A stretch of 64,000 nucleotides of DNA, from assembly GCA_051362555.1 (NCBI GenBank), contig CM120642.1, forward strand, positions 5,270,001 through 5,334,000. Direction: 5' to 3'. The notes beneath the pieces were generated by a model. The model was not told the origin of the DNA, did not search any database, and was given only the letters and a program-made list of their open reading frames with translations. The position numbers were made by a program, and so were the translations under genes. Shown here one piece after another: positions 1-12,500 of the stretch. Positions within the stretch are counted from its first letter, which is position 1, and each line of letters opens with the position of its first letter. The stretch is from Lingula anatina. Taxonomy: Eukaryota > Animalia > Brachiopoda.

Positions 1-1087
1 TTGAATTAGCGAGCATCCTCTGGACATATGATGGCAAATCTTATCATTGCTGAGTGCTCTTAAAATAAGATATGACTGAACTGCTTCTCCTTGTGATGAA
101 ATGACTGAATACTTCTTCAAATTTTTCCATTTCCAATTATTTAATGTTTTGGTTAAGTAATCCCATTTCTAAAATCCTTGTCACCTTGTTGTATTGGAAT
201 CGCTTAACCTTTGGTGTGGTTCTGAAACTGCTTACAAGAATGGCCTTGCTTTCTGGTGTTAAATCCTTAATACTTTAGAATTCTTGTCTGACACAAATGG
301 CATAAATTGGACAGAACTAGTCTCTTACTGATCAGATGAAAATTTAGAGTGCTCTTTGTGCAGTTAAATGACCAGCAAAATTGTCTTTTTAAAAGTTAAA
401 TTTTGAAGATCTTGTGGCATAATTTTTAAGTGGCTTGAGCTATTGCGGTTTTTTTTTTCCTTTTCATTTTAATGCGACACCATCAGCATCTCAAACCAAA
501 TTGGTGTAGCTCATGAATAATTTGACTTAGAAAATGATAATTATGAATACTTCATTCTCCTATGTCTCTGTAATGGTGATTACTTGGTGCGGTTCTGAAC
601 CGGATTGCAAGCAATACCTCTCTAGAGGCAGTAAAGTGCTCCCACAAATACATTTACTCTAATACATCCGCTTGGAGTTTTTGGTTCAGTCTTGTGGGTT
701 TTCAACCCAGGTGCAGAAAGCAAAAAACGTGATATACATAAATGGGTGTTTAAATTCCTTTTCAAAGAATAAGTAACTGATGCTTTCCCCATTCTTCTCT
801 GGTTTTAAGAACTGTGCATGATCCAAAAAAAGTATGGTTTGGTTCATCCGTATATAAAAGCAACTGATCTTTCATTAAAACCATATGCCATTTGAACACT
901 ACCTTTGCCACTTCATGCCACTGAAATGTAACATACTAGGTAATAAAAGATAAATTTTCCATATTGTGAGTATCTTTTTATGGATTTTCTCACATTGTTA
1001 AGAAGCTGGAATTGTTTCGAGCAGCATGACATACTATCCTGGATTCATCAGTATCATTTTTCTTAAAGTCTGCAACTCATGCAAATG

Positions 1088-1312
1088 TCATTTCTTTTTC
1101 TTTTTTCCATTCACTGTGCTTGGCTCAGTCACATTTTTTGTGTCTTGGTCAGTTTCAGACTGTTTCTTTGGTGGTAAAACCGACCTTTGTTCGTCAAGGC
1201 GATTTGACTGTATACGCTGAATAAGTGTGAAGAAATCTTCATCTGGAACTGTTGGTGCTGAACGTACATCAACTGGTTGTAGATGACTTCTCTGGTCCTC
1301 TAATCTTGTTCC
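1088..1312 (-). CDS. GPSM2: GPSM last coding exon (second half of GoLoco 3 and GoLoco 4)
   Basis: GTRLEDQRS...APTVPDEDFFTLIQRIQSNRLDEQRS...GKKKKK*. Confidence 0.94.
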   Translation of the reverse strand, partial: GTRLEDQRSHLQPVDVRSAPTVPDEDFFTLIQRIQSNRLDEQRSVLPPKKQSETDQDTKNVTEPSTVNGKKKKK

Positions 1313-4300
1313 CTGTAAATATACAAAAAAGCTGAATATCAAAGAAGTCTACATTAATGACTATGCAAAAGGGGTTACTTTTTAGTATAGACAACTAAAA
1401 ATTCAATTGCTTGACTATCACAAAAAGGAACTTACTTAATAATATAAAGAAATTAAAATTTTTTCCTTCAAATTATAATGCAGTTGGAACTGGTAAAAAA
1501 AGGCATGTATACTCATATCAAGACTACTAATTGGTGGGTACCATATTTTGACCACTCAGAAATGTACAAAACTGGCAATTGTAGTACTATTAAACCAAAT
1601 GTTATCACCTGGCATAAGGAGCCATGTGCATAGGAGGTAAAAAAAAAAAAAAAAAAAAAAATCAGAAATGAAAAACCAAACTGTGATTAAGAGTTTCATG
1701 ACAAAGACAAGAACAAAATTTGTAGGTATAATGAACAAGCCACTGGGAACTAGTGAAAATCACCACCATTTGCTCTCAAAATTATTAACATTTTTTTCTT
1801 TGTTTCACAACAAACATTAAGAGCAATACTTATGGACCAAATAATCACCAATGCTTTAAAAGGGGTGATTATATTGTTTCTCATTTGCCTAGGTCATCAT
1901 GACATTTCAGAAATATGAAGAATTCTGTAATGGCTAAGTGTAAGTGCCAATGATAGCATTACATGGAATAAATATCAGGTAGTCATGCAATCAAATTCAG
2001 CATGCACATCACATCTGCACATGTTCACGCACACTTTATCATCCTTGTGCACGAACTGGAATTGTAAGTGAGTAGGTGTAATACTTATTACCCAAAACAT
2101 GTGCACAGGTACATATCGGTTGTGGCATGTGCTTCCATGGACATGCTGTACTTTGTTGGATATACAGTGATGCAATTTGTTTGCGAAGCACTGCTGCCAA
2201 TTACATTCATGCAAGCAGACAAAATGTATGGCTCACACGAGCAAAGATAAAACTCATGAGACCTAACAACATGCAAAGAAAAATAAATTTAGAATATAAA
2301 ATTGCATAAAGGACAATGCTTAATTTGATTTTTTTGTAGGACAAACATCAGTTGAATGCTCTTGCTGAAACTACCCAGAAATCGCGCCATTATGCAATGT
2401 GATCCAGTTCATGTAAAAACAGCATGACAAGAACATAACTTGATACACACTTTCCATGTGATATATCTTGATACATCTGATGCAAAAACAAGTCTGCCTG
2501 GTTATTAATGAATAGGCTAAAAAAAACAAACAACAAAAACAACCACCTTGGCTGTAGACAGATGAAGAGTATTGACATATCGCTTAATCCCCTGCAAACT
2601 GCTGTTTGAGTCAATGAAAACAAACATGTTTTGCTCATAGTGAAGCAGTTGTCATTTGTTTTTTTTTAATTAAAACTTGTGAAAATGATGCTCCTCTTTC
2701 TACCATTTTTTTTTAGAAATAAGCAGCACACACTGTCAAAGTAAACTAGAGTCTTTGGAGAGGAAAAATATTTACCTATAAATCAGCATCAGAATAAATA
2801 AAAACATTAAATTCCTAACAATCACAAACACTTAATTAAATTTTTTATAAAAGTGTTAAGTAACAATTCAAATGGAATATTTTAACACCTATACTGGTGA
2901 TAATCAACATGCAGTTGAATGATCAAATAATGTCCCACTATTTATATTTTTCTACATAACCTGATTTTGTGGTTTGAAACATTCTTCGAGTCTGCTACTA
3001 AAGTCCAAGTTTTGGTGTACAAATTTTCTTTAAATTAATGACATCCTTATCAAAAACTATGCCCAATACACATGACAATATTATAGCTGCTTTTGAACAG
3101 TCAGCACCACTGTTTGGCAAGAACATATTACCTACACATTGTCAAATTTGCTTACAGATAAAAAAAGGAGAGATTAGCTCGTCTCTATTCTGCAGTGTTA
3201 TGATTGGTCAATTCCTTGTGAGAGGCTTTGTACTGGGTTGACCTCAATCCATCAAGACAATATTTGCTGCAGCCCTGAGTGCTGGTCTCATCTCTTGGGA
3301 CAGGCTAATGGCTGGTGGTTACCTTACTGTGAGGTTATATAGAAACTGCAGAGATAAAAGTCCCAAGTGTGTCTACAGCTCACACAGTGAAACAGACAAA
3401 TACAGCTGCGACAATCACGGAAACCAACAATAAACATATTTATGTGTTCTGTCGGGTCACCCACTGCATGTCCACTTTTTTGTAGTGAAGCGAAGAAATT
3501 TGACATAAATGCGAGATGGAGATATGTTTTTTTTTCAAAATTATTTGGAAACATCAAATGGACAATGCATAGACTATCTCTTATTGGCCAATACCTGGTG
3601 CAGTGTTTGAAATTGTAGCCCATCTCACATCTACACTTAACATAAATATGCAGATGTATATTGGAAGTCACAGGAAACTTAAAATATGCAGAACATTCTT
3701 AAAACAGACAAAGTCCACAACATTCAATCGTTCAGAACTAAGTATTGACTTACAGGGCCTGTATATAATAATTACTATCAATCAAGCCAATAATTCCCAT
3801 TTTCTTCAGCCTCACCCAACAAAATTAATTAGGTCATTTTTGGGTACTTAACAAGCTGGCAGGAATTACTCCTTTATGTTCATGTGTTTTGCAACAGGAG
3901 ATGAAACGCCTTCACTTCACCATCATTCTCTCTTAATGACGCAATTTTAAAGGGCCATTTCTTGCCTGATTAGGTGTCAGAGACATTGAGGTGCACAGTT
4001 CCATGGATAATTGTCTTATATGGCAAGGAGATGGCAACATATGTCATTCCATTCCATCATTCTTCTTTTTTTTCTTCACACCCATGTTATTGATTATTTT
4101 TTTCTGCTAAAACTTAAAAAACCCAGTTCATACCATATGTCTTGCAGAGAAAGATAAAGTATATGATGTAAACCAGCTGAGAGCTAATTCATTTTCCTGT
4201 AAATTTTATGAACAACCTAAACCTAACAATAAAGCTCCATAAAGGTCGATGCACAGGGGTACAATCTATGAAAATCAAAATCCAAGTTCTAAAATTTTAT

Positions 4301-5792
4301 TAGATGCTCTCATGAATAAATCTCTGGTGCAAATACCGTGTTCTAATAGCAGGATGCCAGCAGAAACTGATATTTCTGTCAAGGTAAAGAACGACAGGCT
4401 ATGGACTGATAAAGTTGCAAAACATGATTTATCCATGGCTCAAAATACCGTCTAGAGCTGAACAGAAAGTCTCCATCATTCTATTTAATTCACATTTCCA
4501 ACACTGCTTCATAACAAAACCATCACAAGATCATTTGGAAAAAATATATATATTTATAGCAACAAGAAACGAAGTATGTAATTCTATGTTGGACTGGACC
4601 ACAGTTGAAAAATTCTCAAGTTCAAAATTGCTGTAATTTATTAATTTTGGTCCTACTCTGTCCAGAATCTACATGATCAAAACACAGATCTTTATTCCAT
4701 TTAGTCCATTCAGGGTGAGAACTGTGCAAAGCCATATAACCTCCATGTAACTCCATATAAAACCCTAGCTGCATAAGTTCACACATTGCTTTGGGGTCCA
4801 ATCACTGTTTGTTCAAATGTCAATGGCAATATAATGATGCACTTTACGGAGGAAGTGGAATATACGCTCTAAGGTGTGCTGCAGTAAACTGTAAACTATG
4901 GGTTTCGATGAAGTACAGTCATCACTTACAATTTTCGTAGTTAATACTAATATCATTTCACTGATTATTTTCAGTTATTCATAAAAGCAATTTCTGACAC
5001 AAGGCCAACTACTTTGTAAGACATCTGAATCAACATTTTGAAGTTTAACTAGGGTAATAAAACATTGTATAATGGATGTGTATTATTTATAATGTTCCAA
5101 TTTAATGAGTTCTAACCATAATTCTTCAGCAGGCTTATCTCAAGATGTTTCGGGTAGAGCAAAGATTGAATTGTTGGTGTCCAAACAAAATCATGACCAA
5201 TGCTGATTTTGTTGGGGTATGCTTATACTAAAATTGAGCAAACATACAGTAAATATATACATTTCAAGGCACATTCACAAATGCACTAACTTCATCAAAC
5301 AACAGGTTAAGCATCTTCACCAAACAACATACCCCTGTAGTTAAAGGAAAGTGCTTTCAAATCTGGCTCACAGATTTGTTTACAGCCTAATTCACATTCT
5401 CTTGATGATAAAATGACACAAAACCTACACAACTGTTTAGTCTAGCCACTCAGCAAAGTAAAAAGCCAGTTGCCCACCAACCAATCCTTTCCCTTTTTGC
5501 ACTTCGTTTGAGCCTATCTCAATTAGTCTTAGTCTAGTTCAACAAGATTCTGCAGGTATCTTGGGAGTTATAAGTTTAGGTTTGTAATGGGATGCATCCT
5601 GTATAAATCTGTTTCACATTTAAGATACACAAGTTATTCAATGACCCGAAATGATGTGTTTTTTTCTGTCTGTCTGTGTTGGGTTCCCAAAGGGTCAATA
5701 TGTCAATCCCACCCCCCCCTCCTCCAAACAAAAATTGTTGAAATTCTTCCAGATAAACAGTTTTGTTGAATGAAAATTTTGGCAAAATGACC

Positions 5793-5838
<46 letters not shown>

Positions 5839-8800
5839 ACAAAGTTTGACCAGATAGTCTAGACAACTGTCTTATGAGCTCTAGTCCGATCAATCCATAT
5901 CCGTCAGTCTAAACCTGCCTATCAGTAAGAACGTCCAGCCTACTCCCCAGATATCCATGTCTTACCCGGCCTTGCATGCACCGAGGCTGAGTGTGATAGA
6001 TAAAATTTGATTTTCACATGACTGAGAGCTCTGGCGTGGGTTACTGAGAATGATGAGATGAATGTAATATAGAAATCAATTCAAGGCAATTTGGCTTTCC
6101 ATATTCCCCGTAGAAGAACAGAGATTTGCTTTAGCCCAGTGGCAAACTCGGCATCTTCACAAATATTGTTGATCATAGTTGCCCGCAAGGGCAGGAGCTT
6201 AGTTTAAGTGATGCACTGAATAAAAAAATTCTTAATTTCATTTCTTCCGTTGTTCCAAATAGCTTACTGATCCTGGGCACTGACAACATGCCAAATGAAA
6301 AGACTGTAAGCTACAGATCTTTCAAGACTATATTAAGTAGCCTCTGAGCCCCACACGGCCTGTCTGCGTTCATCCTGGCACTTCAGCCATTTTGTATCGT
6401 TATACTAACCTTGACATTTACCAAACCATCACCGCCTATCACAGGGGCGGATGGAATATGTGTTCTGGGTCTTCCAGAAGAGGGTCAGAATTTTTCAAGT
6501 TTACATTGAAAGGCATCCAATTTTTTCTGTCGGAAGACAGACAAAAAAGGAGGATGGATCAACAAAGATAATTTGGAAGACTGTCAGAAAATATCTCTGG
6601 AACCGCCCCTGTATCAGTTGTCTGTAACCACAGCAACAAGATATTCTCATCCTTAACAAGAGTTGAAAGCATAATAAATATCAAAAGATGAAGTAATAAT
6701 TAGTTATGTGATACATTAAAGCATGATTTTTAAAAACTAAGCTACCAAGTGGCAATATATACATGTAAGTTTTGGAAGCCAGCTAAACAGTCAGGTAAAA
6801 CGATTTATCTGTATTGTTCCAATTAATTCCAACACAAAACTTCTACTCCAAACATTGAGCACATAATATACTGAAAAAAAAAATCATTTAAAGTAACTTG
6901 TAATTTTCTTAATAAAAATAACAATTTTCAACTATTTCAATTCAATTTATTCAGACTATAGCCATAAAATTGTTTTACGTATGTTGAAGTTGGCAGTAGG
7001 CCCGTTAATTTTCCCAAGCAACAGTTGCCTGAGCTTTTGATCTGGATAATACAATAATCATTCTTAAATGACACAGTAAACTTGAACAGAAAGAACAGAA
7101 AGGTTAGAGGTTTGGAAAAGATAAGCTCCGTGCCAGTTAACAATTCTGTAAGAATATAATGGTAGTCTCTGGAGGGAAGACTCTGAGTCACTTATGTTTG
7201 TTTATGAGTCCTTATGTGGTTAAGAAGCCCAACTGGGGATTTGCAATGTTTCTGGCATATTTGGCACTGGGAGTCTATATTTGCACTAATCTGCATGGGA
7301 ACTATTCTGGGAAGTCACTCTCTTGCTGCCTTCACTTTCTTATTTTCCATTTTTTCAAAACCTCAGAGCAGTCAAGCAACACCAATCTCGGTCTCTAGCT
7401 ATAGTGGAAAGTTACACCATTTCAGGTTAACTTTAAGATTGTCTTTGAAGCATTCGTGTTAGTATCCTTTGTTTCCCTGCCCTTGTGCAAGCTCTCAGAA
7501 TAGAAACAGCTTGGGAATTTGGTGGTAATCCATTCTAATGACATGACCTGACCATCAGAACATTATCTTCAGCATCATTGCCTCAGTGGAGATAGACCAA
7601 TCTTTCAAGGACTCCAGTGTTCATGATCTTGTCTTGTCACTTTATCCCAAGATCAGAACCTTGGGAATTCAGTTATTTTCAATGTTTCTTATATGTAGTC
7701 CATGATTCACAACCATACAGAAGAGAGGGGCGACAACTGCATTGTATATTTTGTGTCAAGAATAATATCATGGTGTTGAAGTATTTTGTTGCATAGTCTT
7801 CTCAGAGCTTTATCTTGTTTGCCATCACTTGTGATAACACTGCCCTATATTTGAAAAAGTGCTTCAGAGCTGGTTGCTGGTTGATAAAGTGAGTGTATAG
7901 GTGGTTGTGGTGCTTCAGAGCCGGGTGCTGGTTGATAAAGTAAGTGTACGGGTGGTTGTAGTGCTTCAGAGCTGGGTGCTGGTTGATAAAGTAAGTGTAT
8001 GGGTGGATGTGGTGCGTCAGAGCTGGGTGTCGGTTGATAAATTAAGTAAATGTACGGGTGGTTGTGGTGCTTCAGAGCTGGGTGCTGGCTGATAAAGGAA
8101 CTCTGCTTTCTCTAAACTTATTGTAACTTATCTGCAGATCATGCTTACAAAGTTCTGAGGAACAGCTAAGAGATTTTGTAAGTATATAATGTTCAACTAA
8201 ACCAACAAAACAAAAAATTTACAACTCAAAGTTCATGTTGCTTAAACATTTTACTCTGCATTTATTTACTAGAACTCAACATATTCCTAACTCAAGAAAA
8301 CAAACAAAAACTACAGTTTTTTTTGTTAACTGTGCCCCAAATAAGCAGAAGCTTCAAAAAAGCATAATTATAGCTGTCTGGAGGAAAAAAACAAGTAAAA
8401 CTGCAGGCATATTTTGTAAACAAAACTACAAATAATAACCCAAGATTCAGGAGAACATTTCCCTTTTCCCAATACACACATTATATGCCACTTTCACTCA
8501 ATTTACCAATCTCTTTTGTTTCAATATAACTCTAGAGAGGCCACTGATCATGATCTATGGATAAGTAACTAACTAAGCAATATTGATTCCATTCAAAGAT
8601 GCCTAGTTTTCATCCCCTTGCGAGAGCTGTTCCTGATATTGTGAAAACATCAAAGGAGTGTACCTCGCCCACACTGTGTGAAAGAAGTATTATCTAACCT
8701 GCTTCTGAATTAGTAAAACTGGGTGGTATTAACAGCAATAAGGGCAGATGCATTTACAAATTCAATGCAGACCTTATAAATATGATAATCAAAACATTTG

Positions 8801-9484
8801 TATTAATCCTACATAAGACTTAATTGCAAATTAAGTACCTCCAGTCTGGACCATAATGCATATGTTAGAGTAGTATGATAGGTCTATTTTCAAACTGGTC
8901 ATAAGGAACATCAATAGCATGATAAACCTACTTTTAAAGAGTCACTCTGGCACAGAATTTAGAAAACATTCTCCGATTTACTGAGTGACTTGTTGCTAAT
9001 TCACTGCTTTTGTGTAAGGGAAAACTCTCTCTCTGTCTCTCTCAATACAACCAATATCATGGGAGAAAGATACATATTGGAACAAAAATGAAAAAGTTTC
9101 CTGCAACAGCTGTTCACATGCTGTACAGGTTTTATTGATCACTGATCAAATGGAATACAAACACCTTCATAAAACCTTACATGTCTGAAGCAACATTTTG
9201 TTTTGTCTTAAGCAATCCAATGTGCATATGTAATAAATATACCATCTAGTCTACGAGGCATACACAATGTACACATGCCCAGAGCCTGCATGGATGTCGC
9301 ATACACCTCGCTGACAAGCAGTGTACCTGACTTGGCATACCACTGCAGTTATCAAGAACAAACCACCTAAGAGTGTGCTGCAACTTGCAGTCAGGTGTGA
9401 CATGTGAGATGCATCACTTCTGAATCTTTTGTTTTCAATAAATGTCATAGAGTACATCCTGCAGGCATTCCACCTCAAACAGGC

Positions 9485-9530
<46 letters not shown>

Positions 9531-12500
9531 TTTATTATATAAAATTGTACACAGTAGCAGCCGTACTATACCTGATATGCATAACTGAAAGTTTGTAATA
9601 CAGTAGTAAGCCTAAAATACAGAATTAATCTTATTATCATATTTTCTACTTCCAATGATGCAGGTATTTATATTTCTAGAATGTATAATTAAACAATGAC
9701 TGAATAGTTTTAAAAGACAATGACTCAGCGAGTGCTTTCTCAATTACTGAACAGGAAAAAAACCTTAAATGGGTTTATATTACCTAATTAGTTTTCAAGA
9801 ACTAGCTAGTTTTATTGCTGTTTATTGCAAGGCAAGGTAATTCCTTAATGATGACGTCTGATTAAGCAGAAAAAACACCACATTTAAAGAGTTAATATAA
9901 TTATTATATCAAGTTTGGGTATCACTTATTTTCTTACCCACTTTAAAGAAAAATGACTGATTCCATAATTCCACAGTTCTGTATTTCTGACAAATGCAAA
10001 AACTTCAAGATGATAGTGAAGTAAATGAATTACAAATTTTGCATCACTCTATCATAAACTCAGTCAAAGTTGAGGACATTTGAGCCTTGGCTCTAACCTT
10101 TGACCTTATGCTCTCTAGTGGGCCAAAGTCCACTGAATAATATTAAATTAAAAATCATCTGCATTCAATATAGGTCTGCCACTATCTTTTCAGTTAACAC
10201 TAACAGGATTATCACATCTTAAAGATCTGTCATTTTTACCAATTAAAACTGTGAAAGTGCCAATAATATGGGGGAAATAAAGTCAAACATAACATAGTAT
10301 ATTATCGACAAAAATGCCAAGCTTTGAGATATTAATGTTTGGTTTACCAAAGACCTTAGATAAAACCTTCCATTTGCTAAGGAAGAGCATTTAAATTATT
10401 GAAAACTGTCAAGACATGAGCAGGGGCGTGCCAAAAAATGGTGTTCTTTATGTTATTGACTGGTGCTCAATCTTAATATGACAGGTGCTTGCTTAACTTA
10501 TGAGGTTACTGGATTGCAATAGTCTGCTTCAGGAGGATTTTTTTTTAAATGGGGCAAATCAAAATTTGTTAATATCTTTACTTATGAAACTTAATATGAA
10601 AGTAGTTTTTTTTTTCATGCCAACTTCTAATCACAATCACCATTTTCTTTTTTTATCTTGTTGGAAATGTCAGCTGTTGCTTAGCACTCTTCTTGAACAT
10701 TACTCCTTTGGTTTACCCATAAAATATTCATTTTATCAGACAATCTTATCTCCTCATGTCTCTTGCGGGTTGAAGAGCATATTCATTGCTTGTTTTATGG
10801 AAATTAGTGCTGGCTTGACACACTTGATTAGTTCCACAAATGGCAGATAGGGCGACTTCAAGTACAGAGGTTTAAACATCTGAAACTTCTTGCGCGACCA
10901 ATAAACCTTGATGGGCAATTCAAGAATATTCCTACCATATAATTTAAAAAAAAAATTTAATCCAATGTTAAGTATGCAACACTGTTAACCATCTGACTAC
11001 ATTGAAAGCCAACAAATCCTTCAAACAATTGAATTTCAGACTGTGCCAAAAACTTATCAGTCAACTGACTCTTGGGGACAACAGGTCTGAGCATCTTATG
11101 GCCCTGTAGCAGTAATGGTGGCCAGTAACTGAACAAATTTACAACATTTTACTGGCTTCAGTTTAGCTGGTATCTGGCTGGAGACCAGTGTTGGCATTAC
11201 ACACTGAAATTTATGTAGAAAATTTATTTAGGACACAGATTCCATTCAATGTACGAGTTCATAAAGATCATACGCATAGCTGTTTTATTATATTTTTTGG
11301 TAACCAACCAAATGACCGTGCAACCAAACTGGACATATTTAGAAAATTTACAATAATAAATTTGATAATAAACATCATGGATAATATAATAAATAGTACA
11401 GTACATGGACAGTATAATAAATAAACAAATAAAATACAACCGTGACAGTGGGGAATGTCACTGAATTAGTTCAAGATATGCTGGGATGTGTACAAAAGCT
11501 CAGGAGAAAAAAAAGATTGTTTTGACAAAAAAAAAAAAAGAAGAAAAAAAAAACCCCACACACCTTAGTACATCAAGTAGTACTACCTGGTTTTCTAATC
11601 AGATTAACAATAATCCAACAGCTATTTTAATAAACACGATTATCATTATAAAGAAACACACAGCAATTCTATCATATCTACCCAATCCACTGTCAGTGAA
11701 AACCATTGTTTCTTCTTTGATTATACTTATAAGCAACTACGGAATATACAAACCCTATTATGAGTTTCATTCATGCTTACAATTACTTCACAGTAATAAA
11801 CTGCTCTTGAATAATGAAATGAAGAGATGGGATAATAATCTTTTCTATATTTAACTCATTGTGACAGTTATTAGACAACAGTGTGGAAATTTTACGTGTA
11901 GCAAAGACTAATTTTAATCCTATTCACATTCCAACAGTGCTGTTAACACCAAAAAGTGGGTTTATTGGACCATGGTTTACTTCACTGACTGTTTTAAATT
12001 ATAATATATATATATGACACATTTTCTTTTCAAAGCCTCAACTCCTTTGCAAACCCTGCCCCATATTTCCATAAAAGCCTCCCTCACTGCTGCAGTTAGG
12101 GCATTCTCTCTGGCCACAGAAAACTTAAGATGGTGAAACGGAGCAATCAGTCAGGAAACAATTATCCTCTAGCTGTCTTATCTGATAGTAATAAAGAACA
12201 CTTACACAGACACCTGTAGAGATCAATTTCTTTACAGTTTAGTTTAGGTGTCCTTGATCACAATTTACATCCTTTGTATGCACTGACTAGGAATGCTATT
12301 TGCATGTTTTCTGGGAATGATCGTTTGGATAATTATGGGATTTTGAAAAAGAATCAATAGCAGGGGAATATTTTTTCTGATGATAATAAGAAAGGATAAG
12401 TTTTCCCTCCTCTTCAGCATCCTTTGCTATTTTATCCACCAAGTTGCAAATTGAGCAGACAACATTCTGTTTCTGAAATGTATTGTAAACTGTTTGTCTA

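Noticed and set aside
1031-1090. TGA-C stop context with a short in-frame extension (possible readthrough)
   Set aside because: It lacks the TGA-CTA(G) motif, the extension has no recognisable signal, and there is no comparative evidence.
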